From IMG/VR virus record IMGVR_UViG_3300017784_003111, positions 1 through 28,194 of that record: a stretch of 28,194 nt of DNA, one strand, 5' to 3'. A program made the position numbers and the translations under genes. Origin of the DNA: a virus. Lineage: Duplodnaviria > Caudoviricetes. This document shows, in pieces, positions 15,041 to 23,458 of this stretch; position 1 is the stretch's first letter; every line of letters begins with the position of its first letter. The notes below the pieces were generated by a model. It did not search any database. It worked only from the letters and a program-made list of their open reading frames with translations, and was not told the origin of the DNA.

Positions 15041-16670
15041 GTCATATCTATCTAACCCTCGGCTAAAGCGCGAAGGGCAGCAAGTTTCACTTTCTCAGCA
15101 GCAAGTAGAAGAATACATTCGCTGCGCCAATAATCCAGTATACTTCATAGAGCATTACATGAAGGTTGTGACTCTGGACAAAGGTCTCGTACAAATCAGT
15201 CTTTATGATTATCAGAAAGATATCATTGATTCTTGCCACAACGAACGTAAAGTTGTAATGAAGATGACTCGACAGTCTGGAAAAACGACCACCACCGTTG
15301 GATATATTCTATGGTACATTCTCTTTAACGAAATGAAGACTTGCGCGTTGCTTGCCAACAAGGAACGTACTGCTCGTGAGATTCTTTCTCGACTTAAACT
15401 AGCATATGAAAATCTACCAATATGGATGCAGCAGGGTGTGGTTGAATGGAACAAGGGTTCTATTGATCTTGAGAATGGATCGAAGGTCGTGGCAACTTCG
15501 ACCTCTTCATCTGCGATTCGAGGCACAACTATATCGCTTCTCTATCTTGACGAATTTGCATTCGTACCGAACAACATCGCCGATGAGTTCTTCTCTGCCG
15601 TGTATCCAACTATTTCTTCTGGTACGACTTCAAAGATTATAATGTCATCGACGCCGAATGGCATGAATCACTTCTATAAGATATGCACTGAAGCCAAACA
15701 AGGCAGAAATGGATTCAAACTCATCGAGGTCAATTGGAGAAAAGTCCCAGGAAGAGACGAGAAATGGGCTGACGATCAACGAGCGACTCTGGGTGAAGAT
15801 AAGTTCTTGCAGGAAATGGAAGGTGAATTCCTCGGCTCGGCTGGGACGTTGATTTCAACCACGGCACTCAAGTCGCTCTCATTCGTTGATTTTTTGAAAG
15901 ATATCCTCGGCGGTCTGCAAATCTATACAGAAGTTCAGGCGAAGAAGAATTACGTTCTTGTTGCTGATACTGCTAGAGGAACAGGTCTGGACTATTCGGC
16001 ATTCGTGGTTGTCGATATTGATGAAGTTCCATATCGAGTTGTTGCCAAATATCGCAACAACCTCATCTCACCAATGCTCTTTCCAAACATCATCGTTCAA
16101 GCAGCTAAATACTATAACAATGCGTTTCTACTGATTGAAAATAATGATGCCGGCAGTCAAGTCGCCGATACCATTCTCAATGATCTAGATTATGATAATA
16201 TGTTCTACACCGAAGAACTTCGTGGAACGACTCACCTAAATCAGAGAAGGGGAGCAGTAACTGGAGTTAGAACCACCAAGAAAGTCAAGAGGCTTGGGTG
16301 TAACGCTCTAAAGTCTCTCGTCGAAAGCCAGAAGATCATCATTGAAGACTACGATATCATCAATGAGCTTGCGACCTTTATTCTGAAGAGAGACACATAC
16401 CAAGCCGATGATGGCTGTAATGATGATTTGGCAATGTGTTTGGTCCTTTTCTCATGGATGACTACCCAGCCGTTCTTTAGAGATCTGACCAACACCGATA
16501 TACGACAAAAATTGTTTGACGAGAAAATAAAGCAAATGGAAGAAGAAATGCTACCGTTTCCAACAAACAACGATGAAATTCAAAAAACAGAAAATTATAT
16601 TGTAGAAGACGGAATTGTTTGGGAATCAGGACCGGAAGGAGTCAGTCGCCACTATGAGAGAATATTCTGA
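15030..16670 (+). CDS. gp17: terminase large subunit gp17
   Basis: Adenine-binding 'LYDYQ', Walker A 'TRQSGKTT', Walker B 'LLYLDEFAF', coupling motif 'SSTPNG' and nuclease motifs 'ADTARG..DYS' and 'NDDLAM'. Confidence 0.98.
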   Translation: MQIKSYLSNPRLKREGQQVSLSQQQVEEYIRCANNPVYFIEHYMKVVTLDKGLVQISLYDYQKDIIDSCHNERKVVMKMTRQSGKTTTTVGYILWYILFNEMKTCALLANKERTAREILSRLKLAYENLPIWMQQGVVEWNKGSIDLENGSKVVATSTSSSAIRGTTISLLYLDEFAFVPNNIADEFFSAVYPTISSGTTSKIIMSSTPNGMNHFYKICTEAKQGRNGFKLIEVNWRKVPGRDEKWADDQRATLGEDKFLQEMEGEFLGSAGTLISTTALKSLSFVDFLKDILGGLQIYTEVQAKKNYVLVADTARGTGLDYSAFVVVDIDEVPYRVVAKYRNNLISPMLFPNIIVQAAKYYNNAFLLIENNDAGSQVADTILNDLDYDNMFYTEELRGTTHLNQRRGAVTGVRTTKKVKRLGCNALKSLVESQKIIIEDYDIINELATFILKRDTYQADDGCNDDLAMCLVLFSWMTTQPFFRDLTNTDIRQKLFDEKIKQMEEEMLPFPTNNDEIQKTENYIVEDGIVWESGPEGVSRHYERIF

Positions 16671-16684
16671 TCGAACCCAATTTT

Positions 16685-16692
16685 TATAAATA
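16685..16692 (+). promoter_or_regulatory. T4 late promoter (gp55-dependent) TATAAATA
   Basis: Exact consensus in the intergenic region 46 nt upstream of gp18. An AGGAG RBS precedes the ATG. Confidence 0.88.
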
Positions 16693-16738
16693 CAGTTAGT
16701 TCCAGAAGAACTAAGAACAATTTTAACAGGAGATTAAC

Positions 16739-18889
16739 ATGGCTGAATTTAATTTAAAATCGCCTGGAATACAGGTCAGAGAAATTGACTTTACAGGACA
16801 GAACCAACTGCAGCGCGGAATCACAACAGGCGGGCACGCTGGTGTATTTGATTGGGGTCCTGCAGAGACTGTCGTAAAAGTTTCAAACGAAACTGGTCTT
16901 CTAAGAACATTCGGCAAACCTACCGAAAATAGCGCGCTTTCTTTCATGTCAGCCGCCAATTACCTTCGCTACTCGAACAGCCTCGTTATAGTACGAGCAG
17001 TAAATGCCAATACATATTCCACAAATTACGATCTGGCTTCTAGAAACTCTTCTGTAGGAATAAAGAGAGCGGATTATTTACTTCTCGGGCAGTTCTCTCT
17101 AGATGCATCTAAGTCCGCAGTATGGGCAACTTCAAACACGAACGTTTCCGTTACTATAGAATCTCCTATAGGTGGTGGTGGAAGTAATGCTCTTGCATAT
17201 GTTGCGAATACTGCCGGACAGGTGTTCTCTCCTGGTGCTTTGAGTGGAGTTACTATCACTTATGGTGGATCTGGATACGCCGAGTCACAATTTCCTTTAA
17301 CAGTATTCTTGGCAAATACCTTAAATTCCGCGCAAAACGTATCGGCGAATTTGCAACCAGGCACTGTAGGCTTCTCTAGCTACACTCTCATGGGAAACAC
17401 TCCTCTTCTGATTAAGAACAAGACCGAATTCCAAGATGAATACTTCTACACCGAAGATGAAGCCACTGGGCAGATAAGCGCCACATATTCAACATTGGGC
17501 AGTTTCGTTGCTCGTTGTGCAGGCGCATTGGGAGACACTTTAAAAATATCAGTTTGCGACGGAAAGCAAGCATGGTTCTCCAACATCGCCGGTTGGGAAA
17601 ATATGACGTCAAGTAATACATCTGAAACTGATCCTTCGATGTGGATATACTCAGACGAATTCGATAGTTATCCGGACACTTCCGATTGGGCTGCAGAGAA
17701 TGGCGTTGCAAATGACGAAATGCACATTATCGTTATCGACACTTTAGGAGTATTCACTGGAGTTGTAGAAGGAGTTCTTGAGAAATTTGAAGGCGTTTCG
17801 AAAATGAAAAACGCCAAAATTAAAAATGGAGCATCAAACTACTACAGAGATGTAGTACTGAAACAATCCAACTACGTGTTTCCAATGGCACATCCAGGAA
17901 CAAATACAGTTCTCTGGGGAACCAACTCAACTACGCCAACTGCCAACTTGAGACCCGGAACGTCAGATAATGCGACATCAATTGGACCGCTAACTAATGG
18001 AAATGCCGGTTCAATTAGTGACGATCAAATTATAACTGCATTGACTGTTCTGCAAGATAAAGTTGCCGTTGATATCTCTCTTCTATTCACCGGCGATGCC
18101 AGCTTGGAAGTTAAAAGAAAGGCTCGACTTGTCGCAAATTCAAGAAAAGATTGTGTTGCATTTATCTCTCCGAGTCTTGATGCGGTCAAAGACCCATACA
18201 ATCCAACGCAAGCCATAATTGAAGAATCTAGAGACATGTCGCCATCAAGTTATTTGGTTTATGATAGCGGATGGAAGTGGCAGTACGATAAGTATGCTGA
18301 CAAGTATCGTTGGGTTCCGTTGAACGCCGATATCGCCGGTCTTTGCGCAAGAACAGACCGGACTAGAGACCCTTGGTTCAGCCCAGCTGGTACCACTCGC
18401 GGGCGAATTCAGAACACCATTAAGTTGGCATATAATCCGACTCAGGGTCAAAGAGATAGATTATACAAACAGGCGATCAACCCTGTTGTGACTTTCCCAG
18501 CAGAAGGAACGATTCTCTTCGGTGACAAAACGTACACCCAGAAAGATACCGCATTTAGTAGAATTAACGTTCGCCGTTTGTTCATTACTGTTGAGACGGT
18601 AATCTCTCGTGCGGCTAGAGCCAGCCTGTTTGAGTTCAATGATGACTTTACCAGATCGCAGTTTGTGAACTTAATTGAACCGTTCCTGAGAACGATCAAA
18701 GGTCGTCGTGGTATATTCGACTATCAAGTAGTCTGCGATTCGACGAACAATACGCCCGATGTAGTTGATGCGAATCAATTTATTGGCGATATCTACATCA
18801 AACCTGCCAGAAGTATCAACTACATTCAGTTGAACTTCGTTGCTGTTAGAACTGGGGTGGAGTTTAGTGAGGTGGTTGGTCGCATCTAA
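16739..18889 (+). CDS. gp18: tail sheath protein gp18
   Basis: 'SPGIQVREID', 'FDWGP', 'FGKP', 'WVPLNADIAGLCARTD', 'PWFSPAG' and 'FSRINVRRLF'. Confidence 0.98.
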   Translation: MAEFNLKSPGIQVREIDFTGQNQLQRGITTGGHAGVFDWGPAETVVKVSNETGLLRTFGKPTENSALSFMSAANYLRYSNSLVIVRAVNANTYSTNYDLASRNSSVGIKRADYLLLGQFSLDASKSAVWATSNTNVSVTIESPIGGGGSNALAYVANTAGQVFSPGALSGVTITYGGSGYAESQFPLTVFLANTLNSAQNVSANLQPGTVGFSSYTLMGNTPLLIKNKTEFQDEYFYTEDEATGQISATYSTLGSFVARCAGALGDTLKISVCDGKQAWFSNIAGWENMTSSNTSETDPSMWIYSDEFDSYPDTSDWAAENGVANDEMHIIVIDTLGVFTGVVEGVLEKFEGVSKMKNAKIKNGASNYYRDVVLKQSNYVFPMAHPGTNTVLWGTNSTTPTANLRPGTSDNATSIGPLTNGNAGSISDDQIITALTVLQDKVAVDISLLFTGDASLEVKRKARLVANSRKDCVAFISPSLDAVKDPYNPTQAIIEESRDMSPSSYLVYDSGWKWQYDKYADKYRWVPLNADIAGLCARTDRTRDPWFSPAGTTRGRIQNTIKLAYNPTQGQRDRLYKQAINPVVTFPAEGTILFGDKTYTQKDTAFSRINVRRLFITVETVISRAARASLFEFNDDFTRSQFVNLIEPFLRTIKGRRGIFDYQVVCDSTNNTPDVVDANQFIGDIYIKPARSINYIQLNFVAVRTGVEFSEVVGRI

Positions 18890-18938
18890 TGCGGCTAACC
18901 ATTTTCAATGAAACAACGGATAAATTAGGAGAAACAAA

Positions 18939-19535
18939 ATGGCTTTTGATGTAACACAATTTAGAGCTGCGCTGATAGGGGATGGAGCAAGACCAAACTT
19001 GTTCCAAGCAGAATTATCATTCCCGGACTATGTTAGTGGAGGAACTCTGGCTGGAGTAAAGAGTAGATTTCTCATCAACTCGGCACAACTTCCGGAATCT
19101 AATCTTGGCACAGCACCACTTTACTACTTCGGTCGTGAAGTGAAGCTGGCTGGGAATAGAACATACTCGCCGTGGACAGTGAACATAATCAATGACGAAA
19201 ACTTCGATCTTCGCGAGGCATTCGAGCAATGGATTGGTGGAATTAACTCACCGGAAGGCAATATTCGAGACATTCGAGCATCGACCCTAGATAATGGATA
19301 CGGTGCTGATGCTAGTGTTACTCAGTATAGCAAAACGGGAATTCCAGTCAAAACTTACAAGTTTATTGGACTGTTTCCTGTTAATATTTCGCCTATTGAT
19401 TTGAATTGGCAGTCTAACGATGCCATTGAAGAATTCCAGGTGACGTTTGATTATCAATACTGGACAGATGGCGGAAGCGACCTCGGTCAGGCTCTGGCTC
19501 TTGGCGCCACAGTCCTTGGTGAAATTTTTGATTGA
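18939..19535 (+). CDS. gp19: tail tube protein gp19
   Basis: 'GARPNLF', 'YFGREVKLAGNRTYSPWTVNIINDENF' and 'IEEFQVTFDYQYW'. AGGAG RBS. Confidence 0.97.
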   Translation: MAFDVTQFRAALIGDGARPNLFQAELSFPDYVSGGTLAGVKSRFLINSAQLPESNLGTAPLYYFGREVKLAGNRTYSPWTVNIINDENFDLREAFEQWIGGINSPEGNIRDIRASTLDNGYGADASVTQYSKTGIPVKTYKFIGLFPVNISPIDLNWQSNDAIEEFQVTFDYQYWTDGGSDLGQALALGATVLGEIFD

Positions 19536-19542
19536 ACTCTGG

Positions 19543-19572
19543 GGGGGAGAGAATTCTCTCCCCCATTTTTTT
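19543..19572 (+). terminator. intrinsic terminator after gp19
   Basis: Perfect 22-bp palindrome GGGGGAGAGAATTCTCTCCCCC (19543-19564) followed by A and T7. Confidence 0.88.
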
Positions 19573-19590
19573 CTATGATTGGAGAATTAA

Positions 19591-21240
19591 ATGGCGATTA
19601 AGCTCTTCGGCTTTCAGATTTCTAGAGGGGACGATAACCAACCTCCTCAGACTCCCATTGCCCCGCAAATGGAAGATGGCGCTCTTAATATAGAAACAGG
19701 AGGTCACTATGGAATCTATGTTGATCTTGACGGGTCATATAGAAGCGAAGTAGATCTAATCACAAAATATCGTACGATGTCAATGCAGCCAGAAATGGAT
19801 GGGGCTATTGAAGACATTATCAACGAAGCTATTGTGCACGATGATCGCGGTCAAATCGTTAAGATTGTTTGCGAAGAACTCAAGCAACCAGACAGAATCA
19901 AGAAAATGATTCGCGATGAATTTGATGTTCTTCTCAAGATGTTGGACTTCGGAAATGAAGGATCCGACATCTTTCGGCGCTGGTACATTGATGGTCGCCT
20001 TCCCTACAACGTCGTAATTGATCAGGAAAACCCAAGAGCCGGGATTATCAATCTGATCTACATTGATCCGAGAAGAATTCGTAAGATTCGTGCAATCAAG
20101 AAAGACAAAAATCAACAAGGCATTAACGTTGTTGTTGGCACCGAAGAGTTCTACGTTTATAACGAGAAGCTGGTGAACAATAATGCGCAGAACCCGCAGA
20201 TCACTGGCAACTTTGCTGGATCAATCAAGCTGGCAAAAGACTCAGTCGTATATGTAACTTCAGGTATGATGGATCCAGCCAAATCCACAATACTGTCGTA
20301 TTTACACAAAGCAATTCGACCAATGAACCAGCTGCGCTTCGTTGAAGACGCAACGGTCATATATCGTGTATCAAGAGCACCAGAAAGAAGAGTGTTCTAT
20401 GTTGACGTTGGTAACATGCCGCGCAACAAAGCCGATCAATATCTCAAAGATGTAATGACGAAATTTAGAAACAAGCTGGTATATGATGCTGCGACTGGAG
20501 AAGTTCGAGATGATCGCAAGCACATGTCAATGCTCGAAGACTTCTGGATGCCAAGAAGAGGCGAAGGAAAATCAACAGAAATCACTACTCTTCCAGCCGG
20601 ACAAAACCTTGGCGAAATGGACGACGTTCTTTATTTCGAGAAGAAACTCTACCGGGCACTTAATGTTCCGGTTTCTCGCCTTGAAGCTCAACAAGGATTC
20701 TCACTCGGTCGTTCTTCTGAGATTACACGAGACGAATTGAAGTTTGATAAGTTCATTGACAAACTGCGTTCAAGATTCAGCACGCTGTTTGATGAACTTC
20801 TTGAGCGTCAACTTGCTCTGAAGGGTATTTGTACTGTAGAAGAATGGCATGAATTCAAACAGTATATTCACTACGATTTCATTAAGGACAACAACTTTAC
20901 TGAACTGAAAGAGGCTGAGCTTCTGCAGAACAGAATGCAAACTCTGCAGATTCTTGATCCGTATATCGGTCGCTTCTTCTCAGAACAATGGGTGAAGTCG
21001 AAAGTTCTTCGCTTCAACGAAGATGAGATTGCAAAGATGCAAGAACAAATGGACGAAGAAGCTCAAGAACAGGCTGAGAAAGAAGCTGCTGCACAACCGG
21101 CTCAAGGTGAAGATGATGATGGTTCTCGAGATCAACAGCAGCAACAGCCGCAGCAACAAGGAGGCGCAAAAGGTCAATCTGATGATCGTGTTGCGCAAAT
21201 AAATAATCAAGTTAAACAGCTCGCTAAGGGAGATCAATAA
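19591..21240 (+). CDS. gp20: portal protein gp20
   Basis: 'FRRWYIDGR', 'LSYLHKAIRPMNQLR', 'RAPERRVFYVDVGNMP', 'MLEDFWMPRR' and 'EITRDELKF'. Confidence 0.98.
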   Translation: MAIKLFGFQISRGDDNQPPQTPIAPQMEDGALNIETGGHYGIYVDLDGSYRSEVDLITKYRTMSMQPEMDGAIEDIINEAIVHDDRGQIVKIVCEELKQPDRIKKMIRDEFDVLLKMLDFGNEGSDIFRRWYIDGRLPYNVVIDQENPRAGIINLIYIDPRRIRKIRAIKKDKNQQGINVVVGTEEFYVYNEKLVNNNAQNPQITGNFAGSIKLAKDSVVYVTSGMMDPAKSTILSYLHKAIRPMNQLRFVEDATVIYRVSRAPERRVFYVDVGNMPRNKADQYLKDVMTKFRNKLVYDAATGEVRDDRKHMSMLEDFWMPRRGEGKSTEITTLPAGQNLGEMDDVLYFEKKLYRALNVPVSRLEAQQGFSLGRSSEITRDELKFDKFIDKLRSRFSTLFDELLERQLALKGICTVEEWHEFKQYIHYDFIKDNNFTELKEAELLQNRMQTLQILDPYIGRFFSEQWVKSKVLRFNEDEIAKMQEQMDEEAQEQAEKEAAAQPAQGEDDDGSRDQQQQQPQQQGGAKGQSDDRVAQINNQVKQLAKGDQ

Positions 21241-21482
21241 TGTCATTCGCTAAATTTGCACAAGAAAAAGATGCGGCTTCTTTCAGAGAGGCGTTTCTTG
21301 AGAGAATTCAATCAGCCGTTGCTGATGAGATTGAGCAGCAGAAGATTGCTGTGGCTCAGTCCATGTTCGGAAGCGATGATCAACTCGAAGAAGAAATGTC
21401 AGACGAGGAGCTTGATGAATTCCTCGATTCGCTGTCAGAAGAAGAGCTTCAGGCTCTGGCAGAAGAAGCCAAGCAGATTTAA
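21240..21482 (+). CDS. acidic prohead core protein, gp67-like (80 aa)
   Basis: Position directly after gp20 (TAATG overlap), size and Glu/Asp-rich C-terminus match T4 gp67. Confidence 0.65.
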   Translation: MSFAKFAQEKDAASFREAFLERIQSAVADEIEQQKIAVAQSMFGSDDQLEEEMSDEELDEFLDSLSEEELQALAEEAKQI

Positions 21483-21488
21483 GTGACC

Positions 21489-22001
21489 ATGAAGAAGTTT
21501 TCTGACATCAGAAGAGAGCAACTCTCTAACGAACAAGAAGAAGTCTTGGAAGAATCACATCCAGATCTTCCAATGACCATTCTTCTTGTTCGCAAAGGGA
21601 TACGCATATTTCCTACGGGAGATAGAGTTGCTCTTTACACCAATTCAAAACTGGGCGTAGATGTCTCGATTACTTACGGAGAACATCTGCGCAATGCAAT
21701 TAAAGGATATGGTAAACTGACGAAAGCTCTTGAAGAAGATTACGAAGAAATTGATGAGTCTTATTCGGTAATGAGAAGATTGGAAACAATAGCAAACGGA
21801 AGCCAAGACGGCGACGTTCCTATGGCAAATGGAGCAAATGCGAAAGTCAATCCAGTCATAGCTAAATATATTCTGACATTACACTCAGTGCTGACTCCAG
21901 AAAACCAGAAAGCAGTTAAAGCCATGTTAAATGGATCGCCGAAAGATTTCGCCAAGTTAGCGCAGTTCGCTCAACAAACGGCACCAACGATAGGAAGCTA
22001 A
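21489..22001 (+). CDS. hypothetical prohead/internal head protein (about 170 aa)
   Basis: ORF within the head cluster. ATG 21489 (MKKFSDIRRE) is preferred over GTG 21483. Contains L/I-x-E motifs compatible with gp21 cleavage. Confidence 0.7.
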   Translation: MKKFSDIRREQLSNEQEEVLEESHPDLPMTILLVRKGIRIFPTGDRVALYTNSKLGVDVSITYGEHLRNAIKGYGKLTKALEEDYEEIDESYSVMRRLETIANGSQDGDVPMANGANAKVNPVIAKYILTLHSVLTPENQKAVKAMLNGSPKDFAKLAQFAQQTAPTIGS

Positions 22002-22002
22002 A

Positions 22003-22440
22003 ATGATTACTCAGCCAAACGTAGTGAACTCTAGAGTATTATATGACAGCGGTGAAAAAACAGTCATACAAATTATAGGATACTACACAGCAGCATGTAC
22101 TGCCGCAAATACAGTCGTAGTTAATCCGAAAGCATTAAGGTTTGCAAATACTCAGCAGTATTGCTCAGTTTCCGTAGACAAAGTTGAATATCAATCGAGC
22201 ATGAGCGGATTCGTTTCGCTTGAATGGGAAGGAACGAGCAATTCTTCTTTCTTCGTTCTTGGTCTAGGCTCCGGAACTATGCCACTTGGAGCATACAATG
22301 AAGCAGCCGGACCGACAGGAAACATTAAAGCCGTTGTTGTCAATGCTGCAGCAAACGATAACTTCTCGGCAACGTTGACCTTATTGAAGGCAGAAGGATA
22401 TGCAAACGCCATGGCATATTTCGGAGACGGTCGACCATAA
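22003..22440 (+). CDS. hypothetical beta-rich virion protein (145 aa)
   Basis: Tightly packed ORF (1-nt gap upstream, TAATG overlap downstream) with an alternating hydrophobic beta pattern. Confidence 0.75.
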   Translation: MITQPNVVNSRVLYDSGEKTVIQIIGYYTAACTAANTVVVNPKALRFANTQQYCSVSVDKVEYQSSMSGFVSLEWEGTSNSSFFVLGLGSGTMPLGAYNEAAGPTGNIKAVVVNAAANDNFSATLTLLKAEGYANAMAYFGDGRP

Positions 22441-22715
22441 TGTTAACATTTTCGCAGTTCCTTTCCGAATCCGGTCCTAGAATTAAAATCGTAAAGATTA
22501 GATTCCGCGGCGGAAAAGTTCAGAGAAGGAAAAAAGTATCCAATGTAAAAGGATACAAACTCAAGGGAATGAAACTTGTTCGCATGAGTTCGCAAGAAAA
22601 AATACATCGGAAGATGGGAGCAAGGAAAGGTAAGATAAAGAGAAGAGCAAAAATGGCTCGATCAATTATGAACAGAAAGAGAACAATGCGCCGTAGACAT
22701 TCAATGGGGTTATAA
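22440..22715 (+). CDS. gp68: basic prohead core protein, gp68-like (91 aa)
   Basis: Very Arg/Lys-rich, ends 'RKRTMRRRHSMGL' like the T4 gp68 C-terminus, and lies immediately upstream of gp21. Confidence 0.8.
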   Translation: MLTFSQFLSESGPRIKIVKIRFRGGKVQRRKKVSNVKGYKLKGMKLVRMSSQEKIHRKMGARKGKIKRRAKMARSIMNRKRTMRRRHSMGL

Positions 22716-22718
22716 GAA

Positions 22719-22757
22719 ATGCCAAGAAAAGGCGGAAAGAAAACAAGGGGTAAATGA
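22719..22757 (+). CDS. putative 12-aa basic micropeptide MPRKGGKKTRGK
   Basis: ATG to TGA fills the gp68-gp21 gap with 3 nt on each side. GGGGT lies 8 nt upstream. Confidence 0.4.
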   Translation: MPRKGGKKTRGK

Positions 22758-22760
22758 GAG

Positions 22761-23411
22761 ATGAGACTCATATCAGAAGTAACCGAATCGATTCAGTATA
22801 TTGTAGAATCCAAAGAAGATGGTGGAAAAAACTATTTTCTCAATGGCATCTTTCTGCAGACTGAACAATACAATCGCAATCAGCGCCTCTATCCTATGTC
22901 AATAATGGAAAGAGAAGTCGCCAGATACAACAAAGAATATATTGATACCAAGCGCGCATTCGGCGAGCTCGGTCACCCCGATACGCCTTCAATCAATCTG
23001 GATCGTGTATCTCACATGATCGTTGATCTTCACAGAGAAGGCAATAATTTCGTTGGTAAAGCCAAAGTAATGGATACTCCATACGGAAAAATTGTAAAGA
23101 ATTTTATGGACGAAGGAGCATCGTTAGGTGTTTCTTCCAGAGGTCTGGGTTCTCTCGTTCCTACCAAAGAAGGAAAGAATATTGTCCAGGATGACTATCA
23201 TCTTGCTACAGCGGCAGATATAGTGGCAGATCCTTCTGCTCACGATGCTTGGGTTCAAGCAGTATATGAGTCGAAAGAATGGATCTTCGATAATGGCGTA
23301 ATTCGTGAAGCAGAAATTGCTAGTATTAGAAAAGAATTGGTAAAAGCTCCTAAGAAGGATCTCGAAGCAACTCAATTACGCCTGTTCGAAAAGTTTTTAA
23401 ATAAACTTTGA
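22761..23411 (+). CDS. gp21: prohead protease gp21
   Basis: 'GIFLQTE..NRNQRLYP', 'RAFGELGHP', 'GVSSRGLGS' (catalytic His/Ser) and 'DIVADPSA'. Confidence 0.97.
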   Translation: MRLISEVTESIQYIVESKEDGGKNYFLNGIFLQTEQYNRNQRLYPMSIMEREVARYNKEYIDTKRAFGELGHPDTPSINLDRVSHMIVDLHREGNNFVGKAKVMDTPYGKIVKNFMDEGASLGVSSRGLGSLVPTKEGKNIVQDDYHLATAADIVADPSAHDAWVQAVYESKEWIFDNGVIREAEIASIRKELVKAPKKDLEATQLRLFEKFLNKL

Positions 23412-23425
23412 GAAAAAACATTTTT

Positions 23426-23433
23426 TATAAATA
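23426..23433 (+). promoter_or_regulatory. T4 late promoter TATAAATA
   Basis: Exact consensus 25 nt upstream of gp22, with an AAGGAG RBS. Confidence 0.9.
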
Positions 23434-23458
23434 ATAGCATATACTAAGGAGTATTCCA

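Noticed and set aside
18919-18926. GATAAATT upstream of gp19 as a late promoter
   Set aside because: It has two mismatches to TATAAATA and abuts the RBS. gp19 is adequately explained by the gp18 promoter.
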